NCBI GenBank assembly: GCA_021848045.1 | Contig: JAJZNC010000004.1 | Coordinates: 8,611-72,610, forward strand | Source of the DNA: an archaeon | Lineage (GTDB): Archaea; Thermoproteota; Nitrososphaeria; Nitrososphaerales; Gagatemarchaeaceae | Reading direction: 5' to 3' | Length of the DNA stretch: 64,000 bases | Shown: one piece after another, positions 34,818-44,146 of the stretch | Position numbering within the stretch: position 1 is the stretch's first letter | How the letters are laid out: the number at the start of each line of letters is the position of its first letter | Translations under genes and position numbers: made by a program | Notes under the pieces: model-generated | The model's database searches: none | What the model was told of the DNA's origin: nothing | The model's input: the letters and a program-made list of their open reading frames with translations, nothing else

Positions 34818-35960
34818 ATGAACGTCTCCGCTCGCAGGAAGCTCCTGATGCTCCCCGGTCCCACGAACGTCTCGGACAGGGTGATGCAGGCGATGATGAG
34901 GCCGATGGTCAACCACAGGTCTCCAGAGTTCGTCGAGGTGGTCAACGGCATAACCGAGAAGGGCCGGTACCTCTTCCAGACGAAGCAGAACGTGGTCACG
35001 ATAAGCTCGTCGGGCACCGGCGGCATCGAGGCGGTCGCGGACGCCCTGGTCAGGCCGGGGGACGGCGTGGTCGTCCCGGTATTCGGGGAATTCAGCCAGC
35101 GCCTCGCCGAGGCTGTCGAGATTGCCGGGGGGAAGGTAGCCAGGGTGACCGCCGAGCAGGGGCGGATCCCGAAGCTCGAGGAGATACAGGACGCAATCTC
35201 CAAGACGAAGAACCTGAAGGCCGTCTACACCGTCCACAACGAGACCAGCACTGGCTGCGCTATCCCGTACATCAGGGAGCTCGCCAAGGCCGCCCACGAG
35301 AAGGACGCATTCCTGGTGGTCGACGGAGTCTCGAGCATAGGGGGGTACTCGGTCCCGCTGGACGCGTGGGGCGTGGACATGTGCATCACCGGGAGCCAAA
35401 AGTGCATCGCCGCCCCGCCAGGCCTGGTGCTCATAGCGTTCAACAACAGGGTAGCAGAGTTCGTCAAGAAGACCCCTCCGATCACCCGGTACTTCGACCT
35501 CCAAAAGTGCATGGAGTTCCTCGAGCGCGGATACACGCCCTTCACCCCCGCGGAGTCGCTGTTCTACGCGCTGGACGAGGCGCTCGCGGTGCTGCTCGAG
35601 GAGACCCTCGAGAAGAGGGTGGCCAGGCACGTGCGTTGCGCGAGCGAGCTCTACGAAGCGGTGGAGGCCATGGGCCTGGAGACATTCGCGGACAGGGCCT
35701 GCAGGTCCAACACGATCATCACCGTAAAGTGCCCGAAGGGGGTCGACGACGACCGGTTCAAGGACACCATGAGCGAGGACCACGACGTGGCGATAACCGG
35801 GGGCCTGGGGCCGCTAAAGGGGAAGATACTCAGGATAGGCTCGATGGGCAACGTCACGAGCGCGGACGTGAGGACGACCGTGGACGCGATGACCAAGACC
35901 TTCGCCAAGCTCGGGCATCCGGTCAGGGAGCCGGCCTCCGCCACCGTGCGCGAACGGTAA
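34818..35960 (+). CDS. Class V aminotransferase (serine-pyruvate / alanine-glyoxylate type)
   Basis: LMLPGPTNV, SSGTGGIEA, DGVSSIGG, and the GSQKCIAAPPG PLP-lysine motif. Confidence 0.85.
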   Translation: MNVSARRKLLMLPGPTNVSDRVMQAMMRPMVNHRSPEFVEVVNGITEKGRYLFQTKQNVVTISSSGTGGIEAVADALVRPGDGVVVPVFGEFSQRLAEAVEIAGGKVARVTAEQGRIPKLEEIQDAISKTKNLKAVYTVHNETSTGCAIPYIRELAKAAHEKDAFLVVDGVSSIGGYSVPLDAWGVDMCITGSQKCIAAPPGLVLIAFNNRVAEFVKKTPPITRYFDLQKCMEFLERGYTPFTPAESLFYALDEALAVLLEETLEKRVARHVRCASELYEAVEAMGLETFADRACRSNTIITVKCPKGVDDDRFKDTMSEDHDVAITGGLGPLKGKILRIGSMGNVTSADVRTTVDAMTKTFAKLGHPVREPASATVRER

Positions 35961-35969
35961 GCACTAAGC

Positions 35970-35977
35970 ATTTAAAC
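35970..35977 (+). promoter_or_regulatory. TATA box ATTTAAAC
   Basis: Centred 33 nt upstream of ATG 36007. Confidence 0.5.
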
Positions 35978-36006
35978 TGACCGGGGCGACGGGGGCTTTG
36001 TACTAG

Positions 36007-36768
36007 ATGGCATTCAGCAAAGGGACTCTCGTCTACGTCAACTATACGGCAAAGGTCAAGGATACCGGCGACCCCATCGAGACGACGATGGAGGAGGAGG
36101 CGAAGAAGCTGAACATCTACGACTCCGAACGGAGGTACGAGCCGCGCCTCGTCTCCGTCGGCGAGGACTGGGTCCTGAAGGGCCTGGACGAGGAGATCTC
36201 GAAGATGGACGTCGGCGAGAAGAAGACCGCCGAGCTCGCTCCGGACCGCGCCTGGGGCGGCAGGGACCCGACGCTCCTGCGCATGGTGCCGCTCCGCAAG
36301 TTCGGGGAGAAGGCAGACGAGCTCCGGGTCGGGGACGAGGTCGAGATCGACAACCGCGTCGCGGTGGTGCGGTTCATCGGCTCCGGGCGGGCGCAGGTCG
36401 ACTTCAACCACAGGCTCGCGGGCAAGACCCTGGTCTACGACATCGAGCTGGTCAGGAAGGTCGAGCCGGGCGAGGACACGATACGCTCGCTGATGAAGCG
36501 GAGGTTCCCGGGCGAGGGTGAGAAGCTCCAGTTCACGCAGAGCGAGGGCGAGGTCGCGGTCTCCGTACCGGACGAGGCGCTCCTCGTCGAGGGGCTCCAG
36601 TTCATAAAGCGGGGCATCGCCAACGACGTGCTCCACTTCGTCCCAGAGGTGAAGAAGGTCACCTTCAGCGAGGTCTACTCCAGGAAGGAGGAGAAGAAGA
36701 CGGAGGCTGCCCAGCCGGCGGCCGAGGCCGCGCCTGCGGCCGAGGAGAAGGCCGAGCAGACCGCCTGA
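36007..36768 (+). CDS. FKBP-type peptidyl-prolyl isomerase, long archaeal type with IF insert
   Basis: VNYTAKVKDTGDPIETT.., GLDEEISKMDVGEKK, DFNHRLAGKTLVYDIELV. Confidence 0.85.
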   Translation: MAFSKGTLVYVNYTAKVKDTGDPIETTMEEEAKKLNIYDSERRYEPRLVSVGEDWVLKGLDEEISKMDVGEKKTAELAPDRAWGGRDPTLLRMVPLRKFGEKADELRVGDEVEIDNRVAVVRFIGSGRAQVDFNHRLAGKTLVYDIELVRKVEPGEDTIRSLMKRRFPGEGEKLQFTQSEGEVAVSVPDEALLVEGLQFIKRGIANDVLHFVPEVKKVTFSEVYSRKEEKKTEAAQPAAEAAPAAEEKAEQTA

Positions 36769-36778
36769 GCCTTCGCCT

Positions 36779-37816
36779 TCATATCACGCCAGTCCTCTTC
36801 GCCAGCTCGCCCGCCGAGGCGCGGTCCAGCCTGACCTTGGAGAGGATCGTGTACCGCTCCGGCCTCATCGAAGGGGCGTCCACGAGCGCCCTCTTTACCT
36901 CCTCGTCAGAGACCCCGATCTCCGCAGCCGCGGTGGGGGCCCTCACGTCCTTGAGCGCCGACCTCACCCGCTCCCAGTCGAGCCCGTGGAGGGCGGCCAT
37001 CATGATCGTCCCGATCCCGCACTGCTCCCCGTGGAGCCCCTTGCCAGGGGCGATCGAGTCCAGAGCGTGGCTGAACAGGTGCTCGGAGCCGCTGCAGGGG
37101 CGGCTGCTCCCGGCGATGCCGGCGGCCACGCCCGCGCTTATCAGGCCCTCCACGAGGGCGCGAGCCGAGTCAGAGTCGAAGGCGCCTATCCTCTTGGAGG
37201 CGTCGAGGAAGACCTGGGCGCTCATCCTCGCCAAGCTCGCGGCGTAGCCCCCGTAGTACTCGCCCGCCTCCGTGCTCGCGAGCTCCCAGTCCTTCACCGC
37301 CGTGAGCTTGGAGACCAGGTCCCCGCACCCCGCAGCCTCCAGCCTCCTCGGGGCGGAGGCGATGACCTCGATGTCGGCGAGGATCCCGACCGGGGGCTTG
37401 GCGCGCTCCGAGTGGTGCGTTCCGCTCCCCGAGATTGACGCGAAGGGGCTCGCTATCCCGTCGTGGGAGGCGCTCGTGGGGACCGAGAAGAAGGGAAGGC
37501 TCGCCCTGAACGCGGCGAGCTTCCCGACGTCCACGCTCTTGCCTCCCCCGATCCCGATTATGCAGTAGGCGCCTTCGGCCGCCCTCATCACCCGCTCCAC
37601 GTTCTCGATGTCGGACGAGGTGACTACGACCCACTCTGCCGGGGCCCCTATGGACCTGCCGACCACGTCCTCGAGCCTCTCCTGGACGTTCGCCCCCGAG
37701 GCGATCACCGCCGACCTCTCCAGCGGGAACTCCACAAAGTCGCCGAGCTCGCCCAGTATCCCCTCTCCGATCCTTATCCGCCTGGGGAACTCCATCGTGT
37801 GGGCGCCCAGGGGCAT
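36779..37816 (-). CDS. egsA: Glycerol-1-phosphate dehydrogenase
   Basis: GIGGGKSVDVGK, PTSASHDGIASP, SGSEHLFSH. I start at ATG 37816, which lies 28 nt after a TATA. Confidence 0.88.
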   Translation of the reverse strand: MPLGAHTMEFPRRIRIGEGILGELGDFVEFPLERSAVIASGANVQERLEDVVGRSIGAPAEWVVVTSSDIENVERVMRAAEGAYCIIGIGGGKSVDVGKLAAFRASLPFFSVPTSASHDGIASPFASISGSGTHHSERAKPPVGILADIEVIASAPRRLEAAGCGDLVSKLTAVKDWELASTEAGEYYGGYAASLARMSAQVFLDASKRIGAFDSDSARALVEGLISAGVAAGIAGSSRPCSGSEHLFSHALDSIAPGKGLHGEQCGIGTIMMAALHGLDWERVRSALKDVRAPTAAAEIGVSDEEVKRALVDAPSMRPERYTILSKVRLDRASAGELAKRTGVI

Positions 37817-37840
37817 CGGGTCTGCGGCAGGACCGCGGGG

Positions 37841-37847
37841 ATAAAAG
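37841..37847 (-). promoter_or_regulatory. TATA box (minus strand CTTTTAT) for egsA
   Basis: Centred 28 nt upstream of ATG 37816. Confidence 0.45.
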
Positions 37848-37980
37848 CTTCGCAGACTCGCCCGAAGCTCGAGGCCAGGCAAAGGTTAATTAAGCGACGC
37901 GGGTCCACCGTCGCCAGTCCTCTCCGGGGGACGTTCTGCATGCATATCATGTCACAGATTCGATAGAGAGAGAATAGAGT

Positions 37981-38640
37981 TTGAGCGCAACCTCACAGAA
38001 GATTCCAGAGCAGGCCAGGTACCACGGCACGACCACGGCTGGCATCGTCTGCAGCGACGGGGTCGTCCTGGCCACTGACACGAGGGTCACGGCGGGCGGC
38101 TACATCGCGCACAAGAGGGGGAAGAAGCTGATCCAGATCGACAGGCACCTGGCGGTCACGATATCGGGAGGGGTCGCCGACGCCCAGAACGTGGTGGACA
38201 GCCTGAGGTACTACGCGAACTCCTACCGCATCGAGAAGGGGATGCCGATCCCCGTAAAGTCCGCGGCCAGGATAGTCTCGAACATCCTGTTCGGCTCCCG
38301 CTACTACCCCTACGTGGCGATATTCATCATCGGCGGGTACGACTCCTCCGGGGGGTCGATCTACAACGTCGACCTCTTCGGCTCCTCCATACAGGAGACG
38401 GTCACCTCGACCGGGTCAGGCTCCCCGGTGGCGCTCGGGGTCCTTGAGCAGGGCTTCCAAGAGGGGATGAGCGTGGCCAAGGCGGTCCCGCTCGCGGCGA
38501 ACGCGATAATCGCCGCCATGAGGCGGAACGTCTACACGGGCGACAACTTCGACATCGCGGTGATCGACAAGTCGGGCTTCAAGGAGGTCTCAGAGCAGGA
38601 GAAGGGTAAGCTCCTGGCTCAGTTCGCGGGACGCAGTTAG
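37981..38640 (+). CDS. psmB: Proteasome beta subunit, catalytically competent (G/TTTAG)
   Basis: The propeptide ends ..ARYHG, followed by TTTAGIVCSDGVVLATDTR. Confidence 0.92.
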   Translation: MSATSQKIPEQARYHGTTTAGIVCSDGVVLATDTRVTAGGYIAHKRGKKLIQIDRHLAVTISGGVADAQNVVDSLRYYANSYRIEKGMPIPVKSAARIVSNILFGSRYYPYVAIFIIGGYDSSGGSIYNVDLFGSSIQETVTSTGSGSPVALGVLEQGFQEGMSVAKAVPLAANAIIAAMRRNVYTGDNFDIAVIDKSGFKEVSEQEKGKLLAQFAGRS

Positions 38641-38643
38641 GGT

Positions 38644-40557
38644 TTGGCGCAAAAGGCTAACCACGTAAGCCTCATGGGTACGATTCTAAACAGTATCCCA
38701 GCGGAGGCTCAGATAACAAGGATCGAGTACGAGGGCCCTCGGATCGCGCTCTACACCAAGAACCCAAAGTACCTCCACCAGAACAACTACATCATCTCCG
38801 AGATCGTCAACACCGTCAAGAAGCGCGTCGTCACGAGGACGGAAAAGTCGATCCGCAAGCAGGAGCAGGACGCAAAGGCGATCCTCGAGAAGACCCTCCC
38901 GGTGGAGGCGGGGGTCACCAACATGTTCTTCGACGACGCGACGGGGGAGGTCACCGTCGAGGCCAACAACCCGCGTGTCCTCTCGGCCGACGTCGGCTAC
39001 GACCTGGGGGACCTGATGGGGCAGACGGGCTGGAAGGTCAAGGTGAGAAAGGCCCCGCACATAGCCTCCTCGGCCATCCAGACCGTCTACTACGCGCTGA
39101 GGGCCGGTAGCGACGAGAGGGAGCGGTTCTACAGGGAGCTCGGGGAGACGATATTCAGGCCCCGCTACATCCAGGCAGAGCAGGTCACGATAAAGTGCCT
39201 GGGGGCCGGGCGAGAGGTTGGGCGGTCTTGCTGGCTCGTCGAGACTTCGGAGAGCAAGGTCATCATGGACGCGGGGATCTCCCCCGGCGCAAAGAACAGC
39301 TGGGACGCCTACCCCAGGCTCGACTGGGCGGACGTCCACCTGAACGAGATAGACGCCGTGGTGCTTAGCCACGCCCACCTCGACCACATGGGCTTCCTAC
39401 CGGCGCTCTACAAGTTCGGGTACGACGGGCCGGTGTACTGCAGCGAGCCGACCCTGCCCCTCATGACGCTCCTCCAGAACGACTTCATCAAGATCGCGCA
39501 GATCGAGGGGGGGCGGATCCTCTACGACCAGAAGGACGTCCGCGACCTCATACAGCACACCATCACCCTCCAGTACGGCACGGTCACGGACATCTCGCCC
39601 GACATCAAGCTGGTCCTGAACAACGCGGGGCACATCCTCGGCTCAGCGACCGTCCACCTTCACATAGGGGAGGGGGTCCACAACATCGTCTACACCGGCG
39701 ACTACAAGGCCGGCCGGACCCAGCTCTTCGACGCCGCAAGCTGGAACTTCCCGAGGGTCGAGACCCTCATCACCGAAGCGACCTACGGCAACAAGGAGGA
39801 CATCATGCCGCCCCGCGGCGAGGTCGAGATGAACTTCGTCAACACGATAAACGGCACCCTGGCGAACGGCGGGAAGGTCCTCATCCCGATACCCGCAGTC
39901 GGGCGCGCCCAGGAGATAATCCTGGTCATCGACCACTACATGAGGAACAAGGTCCTCACGGAGGCGCCGGTCTTCCTCGAGGGGATGATCTCGGAGGCCA
40001 CGGCGATCCACGTCTCCTACGCCGACTACCTCTCGCGCGAGGTGAGGAGCAAGATCCTCGAGCAGGGGGTAAACCCGTTCGTGAGCGAGTACTTCACCTC
40101 GATAGAGCACCCGTCGGGGAGGGACGAGGCCCTGCGTGAGGGGCCCGCGATCATCATGGCCACCTCAGGCATGCTGGAGGGCGGCCCGGTCCTCCAGTAC
40201 TTCGACCACATCGCGCCCTCGGAGAAGAACATGATACTCTTCGTCTCGTACCAGGTCCAGGGGACGCTCGGCAGGCGCGTGCTCGACGGGACGAACCAGG
40301 CGAGCCTGATGGGCGACAACGGGAAGATCAAGATCGTCGACGTGAGGGCCCGCACGGGCAAGGTGGAGGGCTTCAGCGGGCACAGCGACTACAACGAGAT
40401 CATCAGGTTCATAGGCCGGATGCGACCCAAGCTCCAGCAGGTCATCGTCCAGCACGCGGACCCAAGGAAGATCGACAACCTGGCCCACTCGATCCAGCGG
40501 ATCTACAGGGTGCCCGTCCTGAGGCCGGCCGTGCAAGAAGCCGTCCGCGTGTTCTAG
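38644..40557 (+). CDS. aCPSF1/FttA-type KH + beta-CASP metallo-beta-lactamase ribonuclease
   Basis: N-terminal KH repeats, LSHAHLDHMG (HxHxDH) and beta-CASP motifs. It sits right after psmB, a widely conserved archaeal pairing. Confidence 0.92.
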   Translation: MAQKANHVSLMGTILNSIPAEAQITRIEYEGPRIALYTKNPKYLHQNNYIISEIVNTVKKRVVTRTEKSIRKQEQDAKAILEKTLPVEAGVTNMFFDDATGEVTVEANNPRVLSADVGYDLGDLMGQTGWKVKVRKAPHIASSAIQTVYYALRAGSDERERFYRELGETIFRPRYIQAEQVTIKCLGAGREVGRSCWLVETSESKVIMDAGISPGAKNSWDAYPRLDWADVHLNEIDAVVLSHAHLDHMGFLPALYKFGYDGPVYCSEPTLPLMTLLQNDFIKIAQIEGGRILYDQKDVRDLIQHTITLQYGTVTDISPDIKLVLNNAGHILGSATVHLHIGEGVHNIVYTGDYKAGRTQLFDAASWNFPRVETLITEATYGNKEDIMPPRGEVEMNFVNTINGTLANGGKVLIPIPAVGRAQEIILVIDHYMRNKVLTEAPVFLEGMISEATAIHVSYADYLSREVRSKILEQGVNPFVSEYFTSIEHPSGRDEALREGPAIIMATSGMLEGGPVLQYFDHIAPSEKNMILFVSYQVQGTLGRRVLDGTNQASLMGDNGKIKIVDVRARTGKVEGFSGHSDYNEIIRFIGRMRPKLQQVIVQHADPRKIDNLAHSIQRIYRVPVLRPAVQEAVRVF

Positions 40558-40865
40558 CCTGACAGAGAGCCGCGCCAGATCCTTACGCCCGGGGGTGTGA
40601 TCACGATCCTCTCCTCCCCCAGCCTGGCGATGTCTCCGCCTATCGACGTGGCGAACTCGTACAGCTGCTCGACCACGCTCTTGAGGTCCTCGACGCTCTT
40701 CTGCGCCAGAGGGGTGACGCGGAGGATCACGATGGTCCTCTTCGCCACGTCGTCCTGTATGGCATGGAGCTCTTCTGCGCTCCGGAGCTGTAGGGCCTTC
40801 AGGAGCATCCCGCCCTCCTGAGCGGCCTCCTCTCCTGGCTCCTCCGTGGTTAAGCCTGATTCCAA
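40554..40865 (-). CDS. sepF: SepF-like cell-division protein (DUF552)
   Basis: RTIVILRVTPLAQKSVEDLKSVVEQLYEFATSIGGDIARLGEERIVITPPGVRI follows the SepF core pattern. The exact start is uncertain. Confidence 0.6.
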   Translation of the reverse strand: MESGLTTEEPGEEAAQEGGMLLKALQLRSAEELHAIQDDVAKRTIVILRVTPLAQKSVEDLKSVVEQLYEFATSIGGDIARLGEERIVITPPGVRIWRGSLSG

Positions 40866-40934
40866 GCCTGTCTAATCACACCCGAAGATATTGTCCCCGC
40901 TTTTAAACATAAATGCAGTATATAGGGCGAGGGG

Positions 40935-41438
40935 TCAAATTGTTCTGTACGCGTCCCAGAGCCTGTCCCCCGCGTGGTGGATGTTCTTCACGCAGTTCCC
41001 CTTCTTCAGCTCCGCCATCTGGGCGCTCGGGACGGTGGTCCTCCCGACCGCGGCCGCCCTCCCCTTCTTCTCCTCCCTGACGACCACCAGCCGCCCCGCG
41101 TCCCCCCAGTCGTCGTACTTTGAGATCCCTGGGCGCATGACGTCTGCCCCCTTGATTATGTACTTCAGCGCCCCCTCGTCGATCGTGACCGAGGGGAAGA
41201 GCCCGGCCGCCTCGGACGACCCGACGAACGGGATGTACCCGCCGTCCGCGCTTACGAACACGAACCTGCCGTCTATTATCACGAACTTGGACTCCCCGTC
41301 AGGCTCGAGTATCTCCACCTGGGCGGAGCGAGGAACCTCCATGTGGACGCCCGTCGACCTCTCGACCTCGGCGATGAGCTCCCTGGAGTCGTGCTTGGAG
41401 ACGACCTGCCTCTTCAACGGCTTGGGGGTGTCCGGCAC
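40935..41438 (-). CDS. PUA-domain RNA-binding protein (Tma20/MCT-1-like)
   Basis: The C-terminal PUA signature is VTIDEGALKYIIKGADVMRPGI..GRLVVVREEKKGRAAAVG. Confidence 0.65.
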   Translation of the reverse strand: MPDTPKPLKRQVVSKHDSRELIAEVERSTGVHMEVPRSAQVEILEPDGESKFVIIDGRFVFVSADGGYIPFVGSSEAAGLFPSVTIDEGALKYIIKGADVMRPGISKYDDWGDAGRLVVVREEKKGRAAAVGRTTVPSAQMAELKKGNCVKNIHHAGDRLWDAYRTI

Positions 41439-41443
41439 ATCAA

Positions 41444-41452
41444 TTTAATAAA
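41444..41452 (+). promoter_or_regulatory. TATA box TTTAATAAA for the Sm gene
   Basis: Centred 29 nt upstream of ATG 41477. Confidence 0.5.
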
Positions 41453-41476
41453 GCCAGTCGGGGACGCCCGCTCTCA

Positions 41477-41707
41477 ATGTCCGCGGACATGGCGATCAGG
41501 GTGCTCGAGACTAGCCTCGGGAAGGTTGTACTCATCAAGCTGAAGGGCGGCAAGGTGATACGCGGATCGCTGCAGGGGTTCGACCAGCACATGAACCTCT
41601 CCCTGGAAAGGGCGGAGGAGGTCTCCGCAGACGGCAAGCCCACCTCGCTCGGGACGCTCATCGTCAGGGGAGACAACATCATCATGATCTCCCCCCCTCC
41701 GGGCTGA
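41477..41707 (+). CDS. Sm-like (LSm/SmAP) RNA-binding protein
   Basis: Sm1 is KGGKVIRGSLQGFDQHMNLSL. Sm2 is LIVRGDNIIMISP. Confidence 0.92.
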   Translation: MSADMAIRVLETSLGKVVLIKLKGGKVIRGSLQGFDQHMNLSLERAEEVSADGKPTSLGTLIVRGDNIIMISPPPG

Positions 41708-41735
41708 GCCCGAGCCGGCGGGGACTCGCGAAACG

Positions 41736-41743
41736 ATAAATAG
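41736..41743 (+). promoter_or_regulatory. TATA box ATAAATAG for the acyl-CoA dehydrogenase operon, bracketed by a 7-bp inverted repeat
   Basis: Centred 28 nt upstream of ATG 41768. GGGACTC (41721-41727) and GAGTCCC (41743-41749) flank it. Confidence 0.5.
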
Positions 41744-41767
41744 AGTCCCGGCCCGTTTTGGGCCTCG

Positions 41768-42928
41768 ATGACGGGCCTCCCCGCGATAGGGTTTTCGCCC
41801 GAGCACGAGGAGCTTCGCTCGTGGGCCCGGGACTTTGCCAAGCGGGAGGTGGCCCCAGTGGCCGAGAAGATGGACAGGACCGACGAGTACCCCCGCGAGC
41901 TCGCTAGGAAGATGGGCGAACACGGCCTCCTGGGGATAGGGACCCCCAAGGAGTACGGCGGGCTCGGCCTCGACATCGTCTCCTCGGTGGTGGTGGCGGA
42001 GGAGATAGCCAAGGTGAGCCTCTCGGCGGGGCTGATCATCGGCGTCCAGAACGGGCTGGTCGGCTACCCGATATCCCAGTTCGGGACCCCGGAGCAGAAG
42101 GAGAAGTATCTCCCGAGGCTGGCCAGCGGGGAGCTCGTCGGCTCGTACGGGCTCACGGAGCCGGGCGCGGGCTCGGACGCCGCGAACATCCAGACTAGGG
42201 CAGAGAAGGCGCCCGACGGGTCGTACAAGATAACCGGGTCGAAGATGTGGATCTCGCAGGGGCTGCTGGCCGACGCGGTCGTCCTCTTCACGAGGACTGG
42301 GAGCCCCGACGACGGCGCCGCCGGGATAACCGCCTTCCTGGTAGACAGGGGGACGCCCGGGTTCAGGGTGGGGGGCAAGCTCGAGGTGATAGGGATGCGG
42401 GGGACCGGGACCGCGGAGCTGGTCTTCGACGGCTGCGAGGTGCCCGGCTCGAGCATGCTCGGCTCTCTCGGAGACGGCTTCCTGATCGCGATGTCCGTCC
42501 TCAACCAGGGGAGGATAGGCGCGGCGGCCGCCGCGGTCGGGGTGGCGAGCGCGGCGCTGGAGGCGTCCATCGAGTACTCGAAGAAGCGTTCTCTCTTCGG
42601 CAGGCCGCTCGGGAAGTTCGAGTCGATCCGCTTCATGATGGCGGACATGGCGACGAGGATCGAGGCCGCCAGGCTCCTCACCTACCGGGCGGCCTACCTC
42701 AGGGACAGGGGAGACGAGTTCGTGAAGGAGGCGTCCATGGCCAAGGTCTTCTCCACGGAGACCGCCGTATGGGCCGCCGAGAGGGCGATACAGATCCACG
42801 GGGGCATCGGCCTGAGCAAGCTCCTCCCTCTGGAGCGGTACCTCAGGGACGCCAAGATACTTGACATCGTGGAGGGGACGTCGGAGGTCCAGAGATGGAT
42901 ACTCTCAAGGGAGATACTCCAGGACTGA
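41768..42928 (+). CDS. Acyl-CoA dehydrogenase
   Basis: YGLTEPGAGSD, and the C-terminal QIHGGIG..IVEGTSEVQR. Confidence 0.9.
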   Translation: MTGLPAIGFSPEHEELRSWARDFAKREVAPVAEKMDRTDEYPRELARKMGEHGLLGIGTPKEYGGLGLDIVSSVVVAEEIAKVSLSAGLIIGVQNGLVGYPISQFGTPEQKEKYLPRLASGELVGSYGLTEPGAGSDAANIQTRAEKAPDGSYKITGSKMWISQGLLADAVVLFTRTGSPDDGAAGITAFLVDRGTPGFRVGGKLEVIGMRGTGTAELVFDGCEVPGSSMLGSLGDGFLIAMSVLNQGRIGAAAAAVGVASAALEASIEYSKKRSLFGRPLGKFESIRFMMADMATRIEAARLLTYRAAYLRDRGDEFVKEASMAKVFSTETAVWAAERAIQIHGGIGLSKLLPLERYLRDAKILDIVEGTSEVQRWILSREILQD

Positions 42929-42934
42929 GATGGT

Positions 42935-44101
42935 TTGAGGGGCGTCGCGGTCGTGGGGATCGGCCACTCGAAGTTCGGGAGGCGGACGGACGTCGGGGTC
43001 GCCGAGCTCGCCTTCGAGTCGGTGAAGCGCGCGATGGACGACTGCGGGGTCGACCGGAAGGAGATCGGGAGCGTCACGCTCGGGAGCGCTGGCGGCTGGT
43101 ACGAGGAGCCGCTTCCGGCCGTCCTGGTCAACGAGTACGCGGGCTTCGAGGACGTGGGGACGATGCGCGTGGAGGCGGCGTGCGCGAGCGGCAGCGCAGC
43201 GGTCAGGAGCGCCTACCTCAGCGTGGCGAGCGGCGAGGCCGAGGTGGCCATGGCGGTCGGGGTCGAGAAGATGACGGAGGTGGACACCCTCACCTCGGTG
43301 GAGCTGATGGGTCGCTCCGGCTCCTACCTGTGGGAGTTCGAGAACTACGGGATGACCTTCCCCGCCTACTACGCGCTCTACGCGGTCGCCCACATGGGGC
43401 GGTACGGCACGACCGAGGAGGACATGTCGAGGGTCGCCGTCAAGGCCCACCACTACGGCGCGATGAACCCGCTCGCGCAGTTCCAGAAGGAGATCACCCT
43501 CGAGAAGGCGCTCTCCTCCCAGGTGGTCTCGTGGCCCCTCAAGCTCTACGACGCCTGCCCGATAAGCGACGGCTCGGCCGCCGTCGTCCTCGCGAGCGAG
43601 GACGCCGCGAGGAGGCTCACCGACACCCCGGTGTGGATAAGGGGGATCGGGTTCTCCTCGGACTCGGCCAACATGAGCAGGAGGTCCGACTACGTCGGCC
43701 TCAGGGCGACCGCGGACGCCTCGAGGAAGGCCTACGCCGCGGCGAAGATCGGCCCGCGGGACGTCGACGTCGCGACCTGCCACGACTGCTTCACGATAGC
43801 GGAGCTGATGGCCTACGAGGACCTGGGGTTCTGCGCCAAGGGCGAGGGGCCGAAGCTGGTCAGGGACGGGCAGACGGAGGTGGGCGGGAGGATCCCGGTC
43901 AACCTGGACGGCGGCCTGAAGGCGAAGGGGCACCCCATCGGTGCGACCGGTGTCTCGATGGTCGTCGAGGTCTCGAAGCAGCTGAGGGGGGAGGCGGACA
44001 GGGGCAGGCAGGCGCAGATAAGGAACGGGGTGGGCCTGGTCCACAACGTCGGAGGGACCGGCCACTACTGCTACGTCACGGTCCTCTCGAGGTCGAGATA
44101 G
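42935..44101 (+). CDS. Thiolase-family acetyl-CoA C-acyltransferase (SCP-x / archaeal type)
   Basis: VEAACASGS (nucleophile Cys), CHDCFT, GGLKAKGHPIGATG, NVGGTG. Confidence 0.88.
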   Translation: MRGVAVVGIGHSKFGRRTDVGVAELAFESVKRAMDDCGVDRKEIGSVTLGSAGGWYEEPLPAVLVNEYAGFEDVGTMRVEAACASGSAAVRSAYLSVASGEAEVAMAVGVEKMTEVDTLTSVELMGRSGSYLWEFENYGMTFPAYYALYAVAHMGRYGTTEEDMSRVAVKAHHYGAMNPLAQFQKEITLEKALSSQVVSWPLKLYDACPISDGSAAVVLASEDAARRLTDTPVWIRGIGFSSDSANMSRRSDYVGLRATADASRKAYAAAKIGPRDVDVATCHDCFTIAELMAYEDLGFCAKGEGPKLVRDGQTEVGGRIPVNLDGGLKAKGHPIGATGVSMVVEVSKQLRGEADRGRQAQIRNGVGLVHNVGGTGHYCYVTVLSRSR

Positions 44102-44146
44102 ACGCCGGACGACCCGTCCCCGCCGACCCTCCGCTCAAAGCGGAGC

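Noticed and set aside
37886-37893. Palindromic TTAATTAA in the egsA/psmB spacer as a mobile-element end or engineered site
   Set aside because: It is an isolated AT-rich octamer with no flanking repeats. It is most simply a promoter- or terminator-type element.
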